A stretch of 64,000 nt of DNA from Nitrospinaceae bacterium (GTDB taxonomy: Bacteria; Nitrospinota; Nitrospinia; Nitrospinales; VA-1): contig JBHHVU010000005.1 in the NCBI GenBank assembly GCA_046754465.1, positions 1 through 64,000 on the forward strand, in the 5' to 3' direction. Below, in pieces: positions 19,893 through 27,682 of this stretch. How positions within the stretch are numbered: the first letter of the stretch is position 1; every line of letters begins with the position of its first letter. The notes under the pieces are model-generated. The model had not been told where the DNA came from and searched no databases. It saw nothing but the letters and a program-made list of their open reading frames with translations. The translations under genes and the position numbers were made by a program.

Positions 19893-20789
19893 ATGAAAAT
19901 TGGATTTGTAGGGCTTGGAAAAATGGGCGGCAATATGGTGGAACGGCTTCTCCGGGGCGGACACGAGGTGGTGGCTTTCGACCGGTCCCCGGATAAGGTG
20001 GAGGAACTGGAAAGCAAAAAAGGGGTGGGAGCCCGGTCGCTCCCCGGCCTGGTGGAAAAACTTCCCGGCCGAAAAATCATCTGGCTGATGGTTCCCGCCG
20101 GCGGACCCGTGGACGCAAGCATCGAAGAATTGATCCCGTTATTAACCGAAAACGATATTCTCATCGACGGCGGCAATTCCAATTGGCGGGACACGCAAAA
20201 ACGCGCGGAAAAGCTGGCAGCGGTGGGCATTCACTTCATCGACTGCGGAACCAGCGGCGGTGTGTGGGGACTGGAGAACGGATATTGTTTGATGACCGGG
20301 GGGGATGCCTCAGCCTGCCGGGCGGTGGAACCAGTTTTCAAAACCCTCGCCCCACCTGAAGGGTATCTGTATTGTGGACCCAGCGGGGCCGGCCATTTCG
20401 TGAAAATGGTTCATAATGGCATCGAATACGGAATGATGCAGGCCTATGCCGAGGGATTCGAGATCATGGAAAAATCCCCCTTCGACCTGGATATCCTAGC
20501 CGTCAGCCGGGTCTGGCAGCATGGCAGCGTCGTGCGGTCGTGGCTTCTGGAATTGGCGGAACACGCCTTTGCCGAGGATCCTCGGCTTTCAGGCATCAAG
20601 GATTACGTGCAGGACAGCGGGGAAGGGCGCTGGACGATCCAGGCGGCGATGGATTTCGATGTCCCCGCCCCCATCATCACCCTGTCGCTTTTGACCCGAT
20701 TTCAATCCCGGCAGTCGGAATCGTTTGCGATGAAAGTGCTCGCGGCGCTACGCAACCAGTTCGGCGGCCATTCCGTGGAAAGGAAATGA
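19893..20789 (+). CDS. gnd: 6-phosphogluconate dehydrogenase (decarboxylating, short form)
   Basis: GLGKMG, IDGGNS, GHFVKMVHNGIEYG, LRNQFGGH; AAGGAG RBS. Confidence 0.95.
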   Translation: MKIGFVGLGKMGGNMVERLLRGGHEVVAFDRSPDKVEELESKKGVGARSLPGLVEKLPGRKIIWLMVPAGGPVDASIEELIPLLTENDILIDGGNSNWRDTQKRAEKLAAVGIHFIDCGTSGGVWGLENGYCLMTGGDASACRAVEPVFKTLAPPEGYLYCGPSGAGHFVKMVHNGIEYGMMQAYAEGFEIMEKSPFDLDILAVSRVWQHGSVVRSWLLELAEHAFAEDPRLSGIKDYVQDSGEGRWTIQAAMDFDVPAPIITLSLLTRFQSRQSESFAMKVLAALRNQFGGHSVERK

Positions 20790-20790
20790 T

Positions 20791-22326
20791 ATGGAAAAAC
20801 CCGATAATTGCATCCTTGTCATTTTTGGGGCGTCGGGAGACCTGACCAAACGGAAACTGGTCCCCGCCCTGTTCGATCTCCACCGCCTGGACGCCCTCCC
20901 CCAAAAATTCGCCGTCCTTGGCATCGGCCGCTCCAAATTGACCGACACCAAATTCCGCAACCGCATGGTGGAAAGTGTCATGCAGTTTTCCCCGGAGCAG
21001 CCCGTGGAAAAAGAGGAGGTCCTTGCATTCGTCAAAAAGGTCCATTTTCTCTCCATCGATTCCACCAAAGCGGAGGATTTCGTCAAGTTGAAATCCAAGC
21101 TGGAATCCCTGGATTCCAGATACCATATCGGCGGGAATTACATTTTTTATCTGGCGGTTCCCCCAAATACCTACGAAATCATTGTCAAGAATCTGGGAAC
21201 GCAGGGCTTGCAAAAGGAGAATTCCTACAACACGGCATGGAAGCGGTTGATCATCGAAAAACCTTTCGGATACGATCTGGCCTCGGCCCTGAGCCTGATC
21301 AAAAACACACGCAAAGTTTTCCGGGAAACCCAGATTTACCGGATCGACCATTATCTCGGAAAGGAAACCGTCCAGAATATTCTGGTGTTTCGATTCGCCA
21401 ACGGCATTTTCGAGCCCCTTTGGAACCGCAATTACGTGCATCATATCGAGATCACCGCCGCCGAGCACATAGGGGTGGAGGGACGCGGGCAGTACTACGA
21501 AACCGCCGGCGCCCTGCGGGACATGGTGCAAAACCATCTCCTCCAGGTCATGGGGATCATCGCCATGGAGTCTCCGTCTTCCTTCGACTCCGACGCGGTT
21601 CGCAACGAGACTGTCAAGGTGTTCCAATCCCTTCGTGGCATTCGGGCGGAAGATGTTGAAAAAAACGTGGTCCGCGGGCAGTACACCGGCTCGGTCCTCC
21701 AAGGAAAAATCATACCGGGTTACCGGGAGGAAGATGGCATCTCCCCCGAATCGCGGACCGAGACGTTCGCCGCTTTGAAAGTTTTCGTGGACAACTGGCG
21801 CTGGGGCGGCGTGCCCTTTTACATCCGTGCCGGGAAGAGGCTGCCCCGCCGGGTCACGGAGGTCGTGATCCATTTCAAACCGACCCCGCATTTTCTGTTC
21901 ACCAATGAGAGCCATGATTTTGCCGGACTCAATCAACTATTGATCCGCATTCAGCCCAACGAGGGGATCGTTTTAAAATTCGGCCTTAAAGTTCCCGGGG
22001 CGGGGTTCCGCGTCCAGAACGTGAGCATGGATTTCCTTTATTCCGACCTGTCCCAAACCCGCGTTCCGGAAGCGTATGAACGGCTGCTTCTGGACTGCAT
22101 GCTGGGCGATGCCACCCTGTATGCGCGCGGGGACGCCATCGAAACCTGCTGGGGCTTCGTGGATCCCATCCTCGAGGGATGGAACAATCCCGCGTTGAAG
22201 GTCTATGGGTACCCCGCCGGCACCTGGGGACCTCACGAAGCCAGGTCCTTGCTGGCCGACCAGGGGATCGATTGGCGCTACCCCTGCAAAAATCTCGTGG
22301 ACGACGGCGTTTTATGTGAGTTTTAG
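20791..22326 (+). CDS. zwf: Glucose-6-phosphate 1-dehydrogenase
   Basis: GASGDL, RIDHYLGKE, RDMVQNH. Confidence 0.97.
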   Translation: MEKPDNCILVIFGASGDLTKRKLVPALFDLHRLDALPQKFAVLGIGRSKLTDTKFRNRMVESVMQFSPEQPVEKEEVLAFVKKVHFLSIDSTKAEDFVKLKSKLESLDSRYHIGGNYIFYLAVPPNTYEIIVKNLGTQGLQKENSYNTAWKRLIIEKPFGYDLASALSLIKNTRKVFRETQIYRIDHYLGKETVQNILVFRFANGIFEPLWNRNYVHHIEITAAEHIGVEGRGQYYETAGALRDMVQNHLLQVMGIIAMESPSSFDSDAVRNETVKVFQSLRGIRAEDVEKNVVRGQYTGSVLQGKIIPGYREEDGISPESRTETFAALKVFVDNWRWGGVPFYIRAGKRLPRRVTEVVIHFKPTPHFLFTNESHDFAGLNQLLIRIQPNEGIVLKFGLKVPGAGFRVQNVSMDFLYSDLSQTRVPEAYERLLLDCMLGDATLYARGDAIETCWGFVDPILEGWNNPALKVYGYPAGTWGPHEARSLLADQGIDWRYPCKNLVDDGVLCEF

Positions 22327-23067
22327 ATGACAGTGGAGATAAAAATTTTCGAGACGGCCGGGAAGTTGGCGGAGACCGTCGCAGAACGGTGGCGGGAAGG
22401 CGCCCTTCGGGCCTCCCGGACCGGGCATTTCTTCAACATCGTCCTGGTTGGCGGCGGCACGCCACGTGAGGTTTACCGGTACCTGGCCCGCTCCGGGGAT
22501 CGCCAATCCATCCCCTGGGATGCTGTGCATTTGTTCTGGGGCGACGAGCGTTGCGTTCCCCCCGATCATGAAGAAAGCAACTACCGCATGGTCCGCGAGG
22601 CGTTGATCGATCCGTTGTCCCTTCCGCCGGAGAATATCCATCCGTTCCACGGAGAAGACGACCCGGGAACCGAAGCCATACGCTACAGCCGTGAAATTCG
22701 CGACCACCTTGGCCTGTCCGCCCGGGAGATTCCGCGATTCGACTGGATCCTTCTCGGCCTGGGGCAGGATGGGCACACGGCCTCCCTGTTTCCCGGAAAA
22801 GAAATTCCATGGAGCGATTCCGGAATCTGCGCGGTCACTACCCATCCCGGAAGCGGGCTAAAACGGCTTACCCTGACCCCCGCCGTGTTGAACCACGCGT
22901 CCCGGGTGACGTTCATCGTGACCGGAAGCGGGAAAGCCCAAATTGTCTCTGAAATTCTAAATGGCCAAAACCCCAACCAACATTATCCCGCCGCCCGGGT
23001 CAAACCCGAAACCGGGGTCCTGGAATGGTTCCTGGACCGCGAGGCCGCCGCCCTCCTCAAACAGTGA
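22327..23067 (+). CDS. pgl: 6-phosphogluconolactonase
   Basis: GGGTP, FWGDERCVPPDH, GQDGHTASLFP. Confidence 0.95.
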   Translation: MTVEIKIFETAGKLAETVAERWREGALRASRTGHFFNIVLVGGGTPREVYRYLARSGDRQSIPWDAVHLFWGDERCVPPDHEESNYRMVREALIDPLSLPPENIHPFHGEDDPGTEAIRYSREIRDHLGLSAREIPRFDWILLGLGQDGHTASLFPGKEIPWSDSGICAVTTHPGSGLKRLTLTPAVLNHASRVTFIVTGSGKAQIVSEILNGQNPNQHYPAARVKPETGVLEWFLDREAAALLKQ

Positions 23068-23070
23068 AAT

Positions 23071-23172
23071 CCCCCTCCCCCGTGGTAGGGAGATAGGTCA
23101 GGTCTTTACCGCCAGCCCACCCCGATCCGCCATATAAAGTATGACTAAACCACCAGCGGCGGTTCGCCGCCC
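23071..23172. repeat. Copy 2 of the ~100 bp diverged direct repeat
   Basis: CTCCC..GGGAG hairpin, GTCTTT, core ACCCCGATCCGCCATATAAAG (23119-23139), GCGGCG-GTT-CGCCGC. Confidence 0.7.
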
Positions 23173-23233
23173 CCCCCCCGCCCCGCTGACATTTTATCTC
23201 CAACAAACATTCTTGAGAGACGCTGGACCGTTC

Positions 23234-24226
23234 CTAAAATACACGCACCTCAATCCGGTGGAGGCCGGAGGCTCCGGAAGGAAAGGGATCGCGCAGGCCG
23301 TCCCGCTGCAGTCCGCTGTACTGGTCCGCCGCCCGGACGGCGATCCGGTATTTGCCAGGACGGGGAAAGGTGCAGGGGAAGGTCCAGAACACCCAGGAAT
23401 AAGGGGAAAGCGGAGTTTGAAGTTTGGCCAGCGACCAGGTCCGTTCCCCGTCGATGGAGACCTGCACGTACTGGATTCCCCGGTCCCCGGCGAACGCGAT
23501 GCCCCGGATGACCGTGCTCCGGGTTGACAGGAGGTCCTGGCCGCGGGGATGATCGATGCGTGAATAAATCCTGACACGGGCCTTTTTGGACCAACCCCGT
23601 TTTTGCCAATAGCCCTCCGGCGCGCCGCGGGCCACTTCGATTTCCTGCAGCCACTTGACCTGCTTGATCCCGTACAGCCCTGGAACCAGCAGGCGAAGCG
23701 GGAACCCGTGTTCCAGGGTCAGCGGTTTTCCGTTCATTTTATAGGCCAGCAGGGCGCCGGGATGGTATCCCTTGCGCAGGGGAAGGGTGTCGTGGTAACC
23801 GTCCGCCGCTCTCAGGATAAGGGTGTTGGCGAAAAAATGTGGATCGGCTTCCTTGAGCAGGTCCCGTAGCGGGATACCTTCCCAGACGGCGTTTCCGATG
23901 GCGCGTCCGCCGACGGGATTGCCGATGCAGTTGATGGTGATGATCCGCCGGACGGAGGGACGGGCCAGGACCCGCGCGTGATCTAGGGTCAGGGGGTGGT
24001 CCACCTTTCCCTTGACGGTGAGCCGCCAAGCCTCGGGGTTTTTCTTCAGGGAATCCGGGGGTCCCGCGTAATCTTCAACGTAAAACTCCTTGACGGGAGT
24101 GATGGGCGCGGTTTTTCTCCGCGTGTTGAAGACGCGGGGAACCATGGCTCCCAGGGCCTGGAGGGGAATCATCAAGGGTACAAGGAGAGCGAACCACAGG
24201 AACCTTAAAAACCCGCGCCGGGTCAT
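23234..24226 (-). CDS. Sulfite oxidase-family molybdopterin-dependent oxidoreductase, TAT-exported
   Basis: TRRGFL twin-arginine motif; Mo-ligand Cys in INCIGN; HGFPLRLLVPGLYGIKQVKW; C-terminal Ig-like dimerisation domain. Confidence 0.88.
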   Translation of the reverse strand: MTRRGFLRFLWFALLVPLMIPLQALGAMVPRVFNTRRKTAPITPVKEFYVEDYAGPPDSLKKNPEAWRLTVKGKVDHPLTLDHARVLARPSVRRIITINCIGNPVGGRAIGNAVWEGIPLRDLLKEADPHFFANTLILRAADGYHDTLPLRKGYHPGALLAYKMNGKPLTLEHGFPLRLLVPGLYGIKQVKWLQEIEVARGAPEGYWQKRGWSKKARVRIYSRIDHPRGQDLLSTRSTVIRGIAFAGDRGIQYVQVSIDGERTWSLAKLQTPLSPYSWVFWTFPCTFPRPGKYRIAVRAADQYSGLQRDGLRDPFPSGASGLHRIEVRVF

Positions 24227-24256
24227 GCCGTTTCCCGCGATGGGACGGCGGCTTTT

Positions 24257-25276
24257 TCAGCCGCAACAGGAACTGGATTCGGCGGGGCTGTCTTCATCGG
24301 GGTGGCCGACGATGAAATGTCCCGCGTAGGGATGCGTCCGGAGAAGTTCCGCGGTGGCCTCATCGACTTCGACGGGGACTCCCAGGGGGTAGGTCCTCTC
24401 CTGGTGCGTGACGGCGGTGAAAGGGCCGGCGTAGGTCGCGGTAAATGAGCCGCAACAGGAAGGGGTCTCCGAGTCAGGGGGTTCGCTGGTTTCCAGGGAA
24501 CAGCAGGATGATTCAGAAACAGGGGATTTGTAGGCTTCCAGGGTGTAGGAATAAAACTTGATCCCTTGGACCTCCTTCCAGAGGTAATCTTTTTTGATCT
24601 GGAAACCATGAAATCCAGCCGGTTGGGCAGCGTCCAGGAACTCATTCAAGGTCAGAGCTCCCGAGACGCACTCACCCCACAATTCCTGCTGATTCCGCAT
24701 TTCCTCCGGAACCTTTTTTTCGGAAATGATATCGGCGATGACGAAACGGCCGCCGGGTTTGAGGATGCGGTGTATTTCACGGAACACCTCGTGTTTGTCG
24801 ACGGAAAGGTTGACGACGCAATTGGAGGTGACGAGGTTGGCAGACTGGTCCTGGAGCGGAATGTTTTCCAGGAATCCCATTTTGAATTCGACGTTGTCGA
24901 AGCCCAGGTTTTCCGCGACGGGCCGCTGATTTTTCCGGGCGATCCCGACCATTTCATCGGTCATGTCGATTCCGATCACGCGTCCGGTCCGGCCGGCGAA
25001 TTTCGCGGCGATGAAACAATCGATCCCGCCCCCCGATCCCAGGTCCACCACCACTTCGCCTTCCCGGATTTGGGCCCGGTTGATCGGGCTCCCGCAACCG
25101 TAGGAAATTTTCCGGACCTCGCTGGGAATGTGGGACAGGTCCGCATCGTTATATTGGGTCGGACAGCAAAGGCTTTCCTGCGTGGAGACAGCCGCCTGGG
25201 AATAAAAATTACGGACGTGATCTCTTGAGACTCCTTCGCCGGTTTCAGTCTCGCAACACGCTCTTCTTTCATTCAT
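24257..25276 (-). CDS. arsM: Arsenite methyltransferase-like SAM methyltransferase with Cys-rich extension
   Basis: [36 protein letters not shown] match the ArsM/AS3MT cysteine pattern. Confidence 0.7.
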   Translation of the reverse strand: MNERRACCETETGEGVSRDHVRNFYSQAAVSTQESLCCPTQYNDADLSHIPSEVRKISYGCGSPINRAQIREGEVVVDLGSGGGIDCFIAAKFAGRTGRVIGIDMTDEMVGIARKNQRPVAENLGFDNVEFKMGFLENIPLQDQSANLVTSNCVVNLSVDKHEVFREIHRILKPGGRFVIADIISEKKVPEEMRNQQELWGECVSGALTLNEFLDAAQPAGFHGFQIKKDYLWKEVQGIKFYSYTLEAYKSPVSESSCCSLETSEPPDSETPSCCGSFTATYAGPFTAVTHQERTYPLGVPVEVDEATAELLRTHPYAGHFIVGHPDEDSPAESSSCCG

Positions 25277-25311
25277 GGAGCTGCCCTTTCCGTAAGATGA
25301 ATGGATCAAAC

Positions 25312-25596
25312 CTATTCCTTCGCTTCGATCAGCTTTTTTATCTTTTCCTTGGTTTCCGGAGCCAGAACGACACCCTGGTTAACGGAGGAATCTTCGCGGG
25401 CCATTTCCTTTGCCAGGACGGTGATGGTTTCCAACTGATCTTTATAATACATGCAAAATTTGCAGATAGCCAAATGGAATTTTACACGCCATCTGGCGCA
25501 AAGAGGTAATTCATGGTCCATCATTTCGGAAATGAGGGGGGAGGTATCTTTACAAGTCAAATGCAGGATTTTCAAAGCAAGGTTGCTCAATCTCAT
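25312..25596 (-). CDS. Zinc-finger (zf-HC2) anti-sigma factor
   Basis: TCK...HLAICKFC (HxxxCxxC) directly downstream of an ECF sigma factor. Confidence 0.8.
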   Translation of the reverse strand: MRLSNLALKILHLTCKDTSPLISEMMDHELPLCARWRVKFHLAICKFCMYYKDQLETITVLAKEMAREDSSVNQGVVLAPETKEKIKKLIEAKE

Positions 25597-25612
25597 TAAA
25601 GGTCCCGGCATA

Positions 25613-26176
25613 CTAATCCTTATTAAACCAGCGGATCTCCAAGCACTTTTTGAGTTGGTTTCTCGCTCGGTGCAGAATGACCCATAGATTCGTCGGTTTG
25701 ATATTGAAATCATTACAAATTTCTTCAGTAGTCAGCCCTTCAATTTCTTTTAATACGAAAATTTGGCGAAATTTTTCCGAAAGGCCGTCGAGGCAGCCGG
25801 CCAGGGCTTTTGTAAGCTGTTGGTTTTCCGTTGCTTTTTCGGGATCCAGGTCCCAGTTATGGGGCATTTCCTTCCAGTTTCCCGCCGCGTCATACTCATA
25901 GGGGTTGGGATCGTCCTCGTATGACAGGTCATACTTCTTGTTTTTTTTGGCCTCCCGAAAATAGTCCATGATTTTATGTTTGAGGATTCCAAAAAGCCAG
26001 CTTTTTTCCGAGGACCGCCCGGCGAAATTGTCGATCCCCTGTAAGGCGGCGTAAAACGTCGTTTGAACAATTTCCTCCGCCATTTCAGTGTCTTTGACAC
26101 GAACCAGGGTATAACGGAACATCAGGTCTCCGTACCGGTCCACCCATTGATTTGTGTCGATCCCGTTCCCTTTCAT
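25613..26176 (-). CDS. ECF RNA polymerase sigma-70 factor
   Basis: AEEIVQTTF..SWLFGILKHKIMD (region 2) and VILHRARNQLKKCL (region 4). ATG 26176 preferred over 26233. Confidence 0.88.
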   Translation of the reverse strand: MKGNGIDTNQWVDRYGDLMFRYTLVRVKDTEMAEEIVQTTFYAALQGIDNFAGRSSEKSWLFGILKHKIMDYFREAKKNKKYDLSYEDDPNPYEYDAAGNWKEMPHNWDLDPEKATENQQLTKALAGCLDGLSEKFRQIFVLKEIEGLTTEEICNDFNIKPTNLWVILHRARNQLKKCLEIRWFNKD

Positions 26177-26209
26177 GGCCTCGATGGTTTGCTCCGTGGG
26201 AATATGGTC

Positions 26210-26238
26210 TTGATCCCCTCTTTTCTTCCCCATATACT
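26210..26238 (+). promoter_or_regulatory. Sigma70-type promoter for arsR-like gene
   Basis: TTGATC-N17-TATACT, ending 7 nt before ATG 26246. Confidence 0.55.
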
Positions 26239-26245
26239 AAACCCG

Positions 26246-26575
26246 ATGATGCAAACGATTTCTTCCAACGAATGCGCGAAAATTTTGAAGGCGTTAGGGG
26301 ATGAGTCGCGGTTAAAAATCGTGCGGCTGCTCCTCCAGGGGGAAAAGAGTGTTTCCGATATCGTCCGATTGTTGGACATGGTTCAACCCCAGGCGTCTCA
26401 TCATCTTTCCATTCTGCGCTCGTCCGGATTGGTGGACACTCGCAGGGAAGGAAATAAAATCATAAATTTTATTCATCCCGGCAAATATTTTCTGACCAAA
26501 AAGAAAACCGGAATCCACCTGGGTTGTTGTTCCATTAATTTTGACAAACCCCAAAACACATCATCCGCCGGATAA
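26246..26575 (+). CDS. ArsR/SmtB family transcriptional regulator
   Basis: KALGDESRLKI, SHHLSILRSSGLV..RREG; C-terminal GCC. Confidence 0.88.
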   Translation: MMQTISSNECAKILKALGDESRLKIVRLLLQGEKSVSDIVRLLDMVQPQASHHLSILRSSGLVDTRREGNKIINFIHPGKYFLTKKKTGIHLGCCSINFDKPQNTSSAG

Positions 26576-26653
26576 AAATTTCCCCGCTTTCATTTTGGCC
26601 TTGCGCGGCTTCAAGGAAGGGTACTCCCCTTATTGAATCCCTCCGTTTTTTTC

Positions 26654-27631
26654 TCAAAGGGGAGGGTTGCCGGGTCCGGTCAGTTTTTCCTTGATCCCCA
26701 CTTCGAGGAATTGCTTGAGAAAGGATTTTATTAACCGCAGGGGATTGAAGGAAATATCCACCGGGTAGGCCGCCAGTTTAAAATCGGAAACGGTCAAGGC
26801 GGCCAGGCTGGTTTCTCCCACCAGTTCGATGTCCGCTAAATCGTAACACCCAAAATTCATCTGCCGGGCCGCTTCCAGGGCATACATTTTATCCAGGGGC
26901 GCCCGGACGATGCCGGCAAGCACGCGGTCCACGGCGGTCAGGTCCTGTCCCGAAGCAAGGAGCCGGAGGGGATAAGGGTTGCCGTGAATCGGGCCGTTTC
27001 CCTCCATGGCGCGAATTCCGTCCACGATAGTCAGGGAGGGACTCACCTGCCGGGCGATGTCCACCAGCATCCTTCCAAACCTGACTTTGTCGTTTTTCAC
27101 CAGGCAATGCAACACCGGTTTCCTTTTCCCGATCACCAGTCCAAAGAGGTTCTTGATCGCCAGCGTCAGGGTCATCTGGCAATGGGACTTGAACTTGGGC
27201 AGATTGATGATGTGGTCGTATTCCCGCAGGCTGCCTGCAATTTTCAGGTCTGGAATATTTTCTCCGCTGAGCAGTGGAACCGGATTCGACAGGGGAACGA
27301 TCCGGAGGCCGTATCGTTTGACCAGGGGAGCGTACCCCGCCTGGCGGGCCACCGCCTGCAAGCTTCCCAGGGCTGGGCTGTCGCCCAAGTGGATGTGGTT
27401 CACCGACAGGTCTTTGAGAACCCGGCATACTGCCTCCACCACCACGGGATGGGTGGTCACGCAACGGCCGGGTTCGAACCCCCGTAATAGATTGGGCTTG
27501 AGAAGGATTCTCTGACCCGGCCGGAACAGCACGGACGCCGCCTGAAACAAATCGACGCTGTCCCGGACAAACCGTTCCACCTCCGGCAAACCATATTCAT
27601 CGATTTTTCTTAACAGGACTTTGGATTTCAT
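26654..27631 (-). CDS. DUF362 domain protein
   Basis: ILLKPNL, TTHP, INLPKFKSH, AIKNLFG, MEGNGP. Confidence 0.85.
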   Translation of the reverse strand: MKSKVLLRKIDEYGLPEVERFVRDSVDLFQAASVLFRPGQRILLKPNLLRGFEPGRCVTTHPVVVEAVCRVLKDLSVNHIHLGDSPALGSLQAVARQAGYAPLVKRYGLRIVPLSNPVPLLSGENIPDLKIAGSLREYDHIINLPKFKSHCQMTLTLAIKNLFGLVIGKRKPVLHCLVKNDKVRFGRMLVDIARQVSPSLTIVDGIRAMEGNGPIHGNPYPLRLLASGQDLTAVDRVLAGIVRAPLDKMYALEAARQMNFGCYDLADIELVGETSLAALTVSDFKLAAYPVDISFNPLRLIKSFLKQFLEVGIKEKLTGPGNPPL

Positions 27632-27682
27632 GGCTATTTTGGAAAAACATTATACCCACTTCAAGGGAATTGTCCAAAACCA

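Noticed and set aside
24226..24259. The arsM-like TGA stop is in frame with the downstream Mo-enzyme (possible selenocysteine or read-through fusion)
   Set aside because: One-in-three chance; no convincing SECIS hairpin; the downstream gene has its own N-terminal TAT signal.
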